Of a stretch of DNA of 64,000 nucleotides, positions 26,501 to 35,234 are shown piece after piece. The stretch is from positions 15,859 through 79,858 of the forward strand of contig SMSO01000006.1 in assembly GCA_004764695.1 (NCBI GenBank). Direction: 5' to 3'. The position numbers were made by a program, and so were the translations under genes. The notes under the pieces were generated by a model. That model ran no database searches, was not told the origin of the DNA, and was given only the letters and a program-made list of their open reading frames with translations. The stretch is from Schizochytrium sp. TIO01. Lineage: Eukaryota > Protista > Bigyra: Labyrinthulomycetes. Position 1 is the first letter of the stretch. Each line of letters begins with the position of its first letter.

Positions 26501-29500
26501 AGTACTGCTGGTACACTACCTAAGTAGTTTACGTAGTTGGGTACGCAAAGAAAGGCAAAGAAGTCTTTTCTTTTTTACAAAGAGAAGAAGGAAATCTATA
26601 GAATTTGATAGGCAGCAGCAGCAGCAGCAGAAGAAGAAGAGCTGATTGCTTTTTATTGTGAGGAAAAACAAAACAAAACAAAACAGGATCAACTGACTGG
26701 ACCTGTCTTTCCTGACAACGAATCAACAAAACAAACTTATTCATTTATACTCACAGTCTTGGTGGGAACAACATTGGCGATGAGGGCGCAAAGGCCGTCG
26801 CAAAGGCACTCGAGGGATGCAAGAACCTTCAAACTTTAGAGTACGTTTGTGGAATCATCCACGAGGGAAAGCTATCGTAATAGTCAGGACCAAGCTTTTT
26901 CTTTCTTTCTTTTTAGTGCTTGGTGTTTGTAGTACTGCTGGTACACTACCTAAGTAGTTTACGTAGTTGGGTACGCAAAGAAAGGCAAAGAAGTCTTTTC
27001 TTTTTTACAAAGAGAAGGAAATCTATATAATTTGATAGGCAGCAGCAGCAGCAGAAGAAGAAGAGGTGATTGCTTTTTATTGTGAGGAAAAACAAAACAA
27101 AACAGGATCAACTGACTGGACCTGTCTTTCCTGACAACGAATGAACAAAACAAACTTATTCATTTATACTCACAGTCTTTCTGGGAATAACATTGGCGAT
27201 GAGGGCGCAAAGGCCGTCGCAAAGGCACTCGAGGGATGCAAGAACCTTCAAACTTTAGAGTACGTTTGTGGAATCATCCACGAGGGAAAGCTATCGTAAT
27301 AGTCAGGACCAAGCTTTTTCTTTCTTTCTTTTTAGTGCTTGGTGTTTGTAGTACTGCTGGTACACTACCTAAGTAGTTTACGTAGTTGGGTACGCAAAGA
27401 AAGGCAAAGAACTCTTTTCTTTTTTACAAAGAGAAGAAGGAAATCTATAGAATTTGATAGGCAGCAGCAGCAGCAGCAGAAGAAGAAGAGCTGATTGCTT
27501 TTTATTGTGAGGAAAAACAAAACAAAACAAAACAGGATCAACTGACTGGACCTGTCTTTCCTGACAACGAATCAACAAAACAAACTTATTCATTTATACT
27601 CACAGTCTTGGTGGGAACAACATTGGCGATGAGGGCGCAAAGGCCGTCGCAAAGGCACTCGAGGGATGCAAGAACCTTCAAACTTTACAGTACGTTTGTG
27701 GAATCATCCACGAGGGAAAGCTATCGTAATAGTCAGGACCAAGCTTTTTCTTTCTTTCTTTTTAGTGCTTGGTGTTTGTAGTACTGCTGGTACACTACCT
27801 AAGTAGTTTACGTAGTTGGGTACGCAAAGAAAGGCAAAGAAGTCTTTTCTTTTTTACAAAGAGAAGGAAATCTATATAATTTGATAGGCAGCAGCAGCAG
27901 CAGAAGAAGAAGAGGTGATTGCTTTTTATTGTGAGGAAAAACAAAACAAAACAAAACAGGATCAACTGACTGGACCTGTCTTTCCTGACAACGAATGAAC
28001 AAAACAAACTTATTCATTTATACTCACAGTCTTTGTAGCAACAACATTGGCGATGAGGGCGCAAAGGCCGTCGCAAAGGCACTGCATAAAGCATGTCCTT
28101 CTGTTAGAATCTAGTAAGTTCCGTCCCCTCTGCTGCTGTTCCCAGCTTGCGCAGAGCATTGCCTTCGCTGGTTATGTCTCCATATGGACTTGTGAGAAGG
28201 CCGTCTTTAGATGCGTTCATCGTTTTTCTAACAAGCGCTCTTATTCTCTTTCATTCGTGTATTCACATTCGTTACAAAACGCAGCTGTGACTTTTTGTCT
28301 GGAACCCCTAAAGAATTGTTCGAAAGGGTGTGTTCTCCTGGAGAGGACATTGCAGATTTCTCGTCAGAGCTCGAATCCTATGCTTCCATAGAGGCTGCAG
28401 AAAGCGAGCCTTCTGCAGAGCCCAAGAACGAGCAAGACGGCATTGATGGCGCCGGGCTTGCTACTTTGGATGGATCTGGGTAAGTTCATGCGGTCAGTCT
28501 TTGTTTGGGATCGTGTAATCATTCATTCCACGAATTGTGTTATTGAGATATAGGGGATCCTAACTTTTGCTTCTGCCTTTATTACTGCTTCAACATCATT
28601 TTGCTCGTTTGCTTACGTCTTCTTGTTCGTCTCAGAGAACGGGCGGATGGAGCGAGCGTGAGTTTCGCTGATGTGGTGCAGCTTGCCAAGAAAGTCTCGG
28701 ACTTGCGCGTTGACCGAGGTGGGGTCAGAGGAAACTCCCTGCAAACTGGGATTGCCTTGCTTGAGGAGTTCGTAGGATCGGCGATCCAGGGCTACTTCGG
28801 CCAAGTGAAGTTGCGACAGGTTTTCGCTGACATCAAGAACTCCAAAGAGAGTCTTGACGTGCTACAAGGCCAGATTCGTGCAAGCTCTGCTGATGGCTTT
28901 GCCAGCCTCATCGAAAAGCGGAACACCGAACGGAGGCACCTGTATTCACTTTTGCAGGTTGTGTACCCATGGGTTCGCGCCAACCTTTGTGAAAGTGATG
29001 AGAGTGCAGTGCGAGAATTCAAAGAGAGAGTTGAAAGTTTGGTAAACGATCTAAAGATCAACCTTGCTCCAGTCGATGAAGAGACCATCACAGATGACTT
29101 CAAACACTGCCAGGAACTCGTAGCTCAGGCTGTCAAATGCGTGGAAGGGTACAAGAGGAGTGGAGAAGGCCAACACAACAAAATTGGTGAACGAAGCCAA
29201 AAAGCTGTAAAGCGCGTCATCTCTCGATTGTCTGAGCTAGAACTTGGTGATGGATTATCGGTTGCCCTGAGGACACCTGAGCAGGCCACGGAGCTAGAAC
29301 CAGAATTATCTGAACTGGAGAGTGCTCTCAAGGAAGAGATCAAAGTTCTACAAGGAGATACACTTCGTGCCCAATTGTCCGAAATACTTTGCGCAATAAG
29401 TGCAACATTTGCTCGATTTGAAGGATACTCTGAAAGTGCTGCGTTGAATGACGCGAGAAAGTGCACACCAACAGAGCTCTCTAATATGTATGACTATGCA

Positions 29501-31324
29501 GTACTGGGTTTGAAACAACCAAATATTATAGATGTCGAGGCATTATACCAGCAACTTGACAACTCGAGGAAAGCGACAGAGAGATTAAAAACTGCCGAAG
29601 CAGAACTCGAAGCTGATGACTTGGATGAGGAAGAACGAGAGCACTATAGAAATCGTATCAAGAAACAAGAGCTCATTCTCTCTCAAGGCAACCCTATCGA
29701 CCTTAGCAAAGCTTTTCGTCATAAGCTTGCTGAGACTCTGCAACATGCGCAGGAACATTATCCAGAGTTGCTGCAAGATAGAGCCTGGCTGGAAAGGCTT
29801 CACGTAAGTGCAGAGGGTGTTTTTGAAGTAGCATGTTCTGACCTTTGGTTGACGAATGTCACAGTCGCGGACTTCAAGCCTGTCGGCGAACCCCTTGCTT
29901 CCAGAGGTGGCAAGAGAGTACAAAAGGTTCTTGACAACGTTGGTAAAACTATGGTTTTGAAACAATTTCAACTCGGCCATTCGAGCCAACACAAAATATT
30001 TTACAGGCAAGCTGCAAATATGGGAAACGTGGCGTCTCAGCACGTGATACGTATCACTGGCGCTTTTGTGGATACCTCTAATGGAGAACCGCGTGGCTGT
30101 ATCGTCATGCCTTTCTACGAGCAAGGTGACCTTGCCAAGTGGATTGAGAGTCATCCTAACGAAGGCAAAGCAGCGCGCGACCGACTTGCTATGGGCCTGC
30201 TTATCGGTGTGGCGGATTTGCATACCTATGGCATTGTGCATTGTGACATCAAACCAGAAAACATTTTCCTCACAAGTAACGGGACACCATTGATCGGCGA
30301 CTTTGACGGCATCAAGGTTGCAGACTACACTGCAACTTACACATCACTTCAGGCAACGCCACGGTATGTTTGCCCCGAGTTGCAGAATGGGCCTGTAGAT
30401 AGGTTTGAAACAGCGATGGACATGTACTCTGTGGGCATAAGCTTAAAGGAGCTGTATCCTACTGAGCGAACCGCTGCAATGCAGACACTTATCGATGCTC
30501 TTACAGCAACAGACCCTGGTCAGCGTCCAACCGCTCGCCAAGCACTCCAACATGAAGCTTTTGGAGCTCCTAAGATCCCTGTCAAGATGTGCCTAGTATG
30601 CATGGAGGAGCATCTGCTTTCCGAGGGCACGAGCTGCGAGGAGGGAGACTTTCTTTGCAGAGACTGTATCGAATCTTCTGTAGAAGCGGCGGCACGGCCA
30701 CTTGCTAACGTAAGAGTGGATGCTGATGGAACAATGGCATGCATGAAACCTGAATGTAGTGGAAGGATATCAGGTCAAGAAATCACCCGTCTTGCACCAA
30801 CTGCTTTGAATCACCTATTGTTGATTGCGAAGATGAAGGCAGAAAATGAAGCAGCAGTTTGGGCGGAGAAGGAGATCCAAAGGCGTATAGCACAAGTTTT
30901 ACGTGCTGATGAACAGAATCGCGACGCACGGATTCATTTACTTCATATTCAAGAGAAGATCTTGAGCACATGTTGTCCGAACTGTAAGGCATATGTACAC
31001 GATTTTGACGGTTGCTGTGCTGTAGAGTGTGGTAATGAGACTTGTGGTCATCACTTCTGCGCTTGGTGTCTTGAGTATAGTTCTCAGGATGCAGATGTTT
31101 GCCATGGTCATGTGAGAACCTGCTTGAAAAAGCTTGGACAAGATCCATTTTTTGCTGATTCATTTGAGCAGGTTCGTGAGGCGTGGCAGTTGCTCCGCGC
31201 AGCACGTCTGCGTGAGTACTGGGATGCAAAAATTCAGGATAGAAATCTTCGACTCGTTCTGAAAGAGTTATTGTCACCTTTGCTAACACCAGATATTGTT
31301 GGCGCAAACTTTAGATTGGAATAA
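23553..31324 (+). CDS. LRR(11)-helical-non-RD Ser/Thr kinase-RING1/RING2(Rcat) protein, 14 exons, predicted 1286 aa (paralog 2, intact)
   Basis: Exons 23553-23605; 84-nt LRR exons starting at 23783, 24201, 24625, 25048, 25478, 25908, 26327, 26757, 27176, 27606, 28030; then 28285-28479 and 28636-31324. All introns are GT..AG and phase 2, and the total is 3861 nt with no internal stop. Kinase motifs VLKQF, HCDIKPEN, GDFDG, YVCPE. Zn fingers CLVC-x11-CEEGDFLCRDC-x24-CMKPEC and CPNC-x9-GCCAVEC-x4-CGHHFCAWC-x11-CHGHVRTC. Confidence 0.9.
23783..28113 (+). repeat. Tandem exon+intron array, 10 periods of 418-430 bp (11 exons)
   Basis: Exon-start spacings 418, 424, 423, 430, 430, 419, 430, 419, 430, 424. 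Introns are near-identical apart from (cag)n/(aag)n/(aaaac)n copy number and a few SNPs. Confidence 0.97.
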
Positions 31325-33432
31325 ACTAATCGAATTTTCAATGATTATCTTTTGCTTAAGCGCCGTTGACTAGAACGCAAAAAAGCAACTGCTCTCCTCC
31401 AGACAGTATCGACGTCTGCCAACAGGATCAAAATTTATAATGTTTTTTTTTTGGCAAGGTACTTGGTGAGGGAACGTACTAAAATTTAACATAAATTAAA
31501 CATAAATTAGAACAAATAATAACTCGTGAAGTTTCACTGATGATATATATGCTTTCTTAACTTTATTTTTCCAGTTTGAGGAGCATATTTACTTTATTAT
31601 TAGATACGAATTCTTTCTTAGTTTTACTCTCTCCGTTCCTTCGATAGTTCATTCAGCAACACCGCAAGGTATCAGAAACTATGTGTTTAAGCCAAATCGT
31701 CGCAAAATAAACTCAAAAGTACTTTTTTTATTCAACTCTCTTTGGCAAATCTCAATAGCTTTCATTTCGGAAAGAAACTTTTTATTTATTTTTTCATCAA
31801 AGCCAAAATGCAGTTCTTCTAACGCCACTGAAACCCTTAATGTAACGATTTCCTCTCGGTTTTCCAATTTAAATTCTTCACACCAATCGCTACTCCACCC
31901 TAGCATCAGAGGGCCTGTAATACGCAACTTTTTATTGCACGGTCCTATCAAACGTAGAATACCATGATATTACGGTTGCGAAGTATTGGGCGTTTCCAAT
32001 TTGCATAAGAACTCCATCAAAGGCAGGAGCAAAAGTAGTATTACAGACACAACCCTTTCTCCGAACCTATGACGACCTGAGTAATAGGGAGATTGGTTCT
32101 TTCCTGGTCACTATTTACTATAACATAATAAGTCAATCGTAAAGATCAGACTCTGAACACAAGCCTTTGCACTTCAGACAACTTTTGAAAGCTAGAAGGA
32201 AACCATCAGTTATTTAATCCTCAAAACTCTTTGATCTTGTTATGCCATGTATCCAGATTTACTATTCGAAGCATGAACTCTTCTCAAGAAAACCATTTAA
32301 TTTCCACATCTTAAACTCTCAGAACAAAGTTGACTCAACGAACCTCCAAAGGCAAAACATTGCCTTCTTGATCACCTCTTTAAGTTGTTCTTCAAAGATT
32401 TTATAGAAGAGAGCATTGCAAGAACACACAGAGTGATAAGGGAATTAGTTTACTCCATCAATCTGAGATTGCAAGACAATGACAGAATTGTGGATACCAC
32501 AGAAGCTACAAAGTAAATGCACAATCGCTATAGGAGGAGGCTATTAAAAGATGATCTCTAAGCAGCCAGAGGTTGTATGGGAAGATGGAGGCATTTTTCA
32601 ATGCTTCGGCGTACGCAGTTAGCGATTGCAAACCTTGGAGATGAACATTCAGCACCAAAACTTTAAGAGTTTTGTGCATTCAAGGATTTACTGTCCTAGT
32701 AAATGATTAGTTGCTGCTGCGTAAAGATATTTAATAGGTGGAACAGTTCATACCCTGAGTAGGAGACTAAGACTGTTAAAACTCAGAGTTCAAGGGGTGA
32801 GGCTAGCTCGTTTGTTCAACACAATTCTTCGGTTGTGTATTTCACATTCACTTATGAGTTTCCATGGTCTTACTCCTTCGTATTTGATAGTCATATTCTT
32901 ACAAGTCCTCGTAGTCTAGGACTTATAAAAGTGTGACAATGACTCTTCTCCACAAAACTCTTTGCTTGGTAATCTCAGCACAGATTTTTTAAATTTTGCT
33001 GTGCCCCATGAACTGCATATTTTAATCTGGCTACTTGACTTAATAGAATCCCACATGATAAGCTTTATCAGTGTTCCAAGACATATTCTACAATGATGAA
33101 TTTGAAAATTACTCCTCTACATTATGATTTATCTGCTGAAAGAAACTATTGACTCTACATACTTATGCCTTCTCGAAGTTTTACAGCTATGCATCGGACG
33201 GATCATCACAATGTGCCGATCACAGGACCAAAGCTTATAGACTTTGACAATGGGCCTTGTCAACAGTTCCTGAATGTTAATTCTAGCCTTTCTTTTCCTT
33301 CATTTCTCTACCTACACTATCTCTTGATGATCGCCTCACGCTAACTTGCAATATACCTCCAAAAGGGGAACACACATATTTAAGCAACATGTGCTGAGAG
33401 TTTCAACAAAAGTGTTAAGTGGTTTGCTTCCC

Positions 33433-33831
33433 TGCTGAAAGGTGATACTGATTAGCGTGAGGTTGACTGTAAGAATGAAGGCAAGAAGCTTGATGAAGGT
33501 TATAAGAAGGTTGATTCAAGTGTTAGCGAACTGCTGTCCTGAGGAATGAATTCCAGGACAGATGGATTCATGTAGTAATTAGGGATATTAAGACATTCTT
33601 GAATGTGGTTAGAGATAATTGATGGGGTTAGGTTATCCAACCTTTTCCAACCATCGATTCAAGCTAAACCAAGCTTGGGTGTCCGTGATGTGTATTCACA
33701 CTTCTAGTTATTGGCTTCAGCAACCTCATGAGTCTGGCTGCCAATTCTTATCTCTATTGGGTTTTACAAAGGAACGCCAGGAACTCTAGCAATGTCTTGT
33801 CCACTAGTTCCTTCGATTGGATATCTCAGCA
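33433..33831. mobile_element. Solo LTR, family B (399 bp), TSD TTCCC
   Basis: TGCTGA...TCAGCA termini and a 5-bp direct repeat; absent from the paralogous site near 2130; related copy at 44104-44497. Confidence 0.85.
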
Positions 33832-35116
33832 TTCCCCCACGTGATCTCTGTGATGGTATAGCGTTGTGCGCTCACTGAAGATTGTGTTGTTCTTCAAACA
33901 TACATTAGGGTTATTGTTCGAGTCAGTTTCAAAGCAGCTGAGACACATGTGAGTACACAGCCAAACTGAATGCGCACAACCGTGCTTGGGTAGTCCCTTC
34001 ATTAGTTTTTATACGCACTTCTCATTATATTCAACTTTGCAACTCTAGATACTATAACTAGGTGGTTAACTCATTAGGAATAGTAGCACCCAGTAACTCT
34101 CTTTCTTGTCTCCAGCATGGGAAATTAGCTTGTTGTGGTTTTCCAGGATATACACAGCTGCTTGAATGAATCCTGAACGTAGAGTATCTTGCATCTGTGA
34201 AAGGAAGAATGATTAGTAGGAGAGAGTCGAACTATATCGGCGAGATTAGGACACGCAAAGGAAAACATTTAAGTGAACAAGTGTGACTTTCTATTCTAGC
34301 ACAGAACTGCAAGCTGTACAAAAAACAACAGGCACACCAGTTCCGACATATGATCTTCTTTTCTGACCTGCAAAACTCAACAATAAGGGACACCACAACT
34401 AAAAAACAGTGTAATATTTCATTTTTTTCTTAATGTAAACTAGACTAAAGCAAATACTTATAACCATTAACCTATACAAGACAGCTTTGGAAATTCTCAA
34501 TCATGTCCGATGATTTCGTGCTTGGAAAAGAAACATGAGACATTTCTTAAGTATGCACTCAAGATTTGCAATATTCACAGAATAAATAATCGATTGCTCA
34601 AAAGGTCAACCAAGAGAGTAGAGGACCTACAGCTTTGCTAATCTTGTCGGATTGCCTTGCAAACCCATTTTCAGGTTTGCTTCGTCCCCTTCGTTCCCTG
34701 ACATAGACGCATCACTATGTTGACTAATGCTTCACCATGGTCTGGTCAGGAAGGTCTTCCTTTGAGCCTTGCGAAGTCATGACGTAGTAATGTGTCAGTT
34801 TCTCCTTCTCAGTAGTGTCAGTCTACAGCAGAAACTTATCACTTGTTGATAAAGTTAGCCTGTGGCACAAGTTTCTGTTTTGTGAAAAAAAGAGCAGACT
34901 TGCTGTTTACTAACTTTACTGTTGCTCAGCATCAGCTTGTATTTCAACAAAGACAAATAAAACACTTCGTAGCAGAAAGCCTGCAAGGAAGCTTTTGTTT
35001 TCATAGCAGAGGCCAGAGAGACTCGAAGGAAAGCTACTTGCTACGTTGTTACTTTTATATAAAAAGAATGAAATAGAGCTCTGGAGTATAAATGCCAGAG
35101 TTCGACTTGCTCAGTC

Positions 35117-35234
35117 ACATTCGATCATACCACGCGGGTAACACCTCAACTCATTCTCACTGAGAGGTAAACTCGCGTAGGGTCAGGTCAGTAGTATTAT
35201 AGGGGACTGCATACAAAGCCCCGGTGTTGAATAT
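35117..35234 (+). rRNA. 5S rRNA copy 3, diverged (probable pseudogene)
   Basis: About 10 substitutions versus copies 1 and 2, several in helices; TATA and T-run retained. Confidence 0.85.

Larger units (their letters stand above)
33237..35234 (+). repeat. Segmental duplication, copy B (downstream of paralog 2, ending in 5S)
   Basis: Diverged copy of 1940-3431 with a solo LTR inserted at 33433-33831. Confidence 0.85.

Noticed and set aside
24390-28017. Repeated - strand ORFs (MNKFVLFIRC..., poly-Leu/poly-Cys) as secreted peptides
   Set aside because: They are antisense readings of intronic (cag)n/(aag)n microsatellites, and their frames shift between units.
23783-28113. CRISPR-like array (constant repeat + variable spacer)
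   Set aside because: Units are ~425 bp, the variable part is a few codons inside a spliceable exon, there are no cas genes, and the context is eukaryotic.
28553-28635. Transmembrane helix (FCFCLYYCFNIILLVCL) making a receptor-like kinase
   Set aside because: The only phase-compatible acceptor for the donor at 28480 is ctcag at 28635 (likewise 39994 in paralog 3), so this stretch is the intron's pyrimidine tract. cDNA would confirm.
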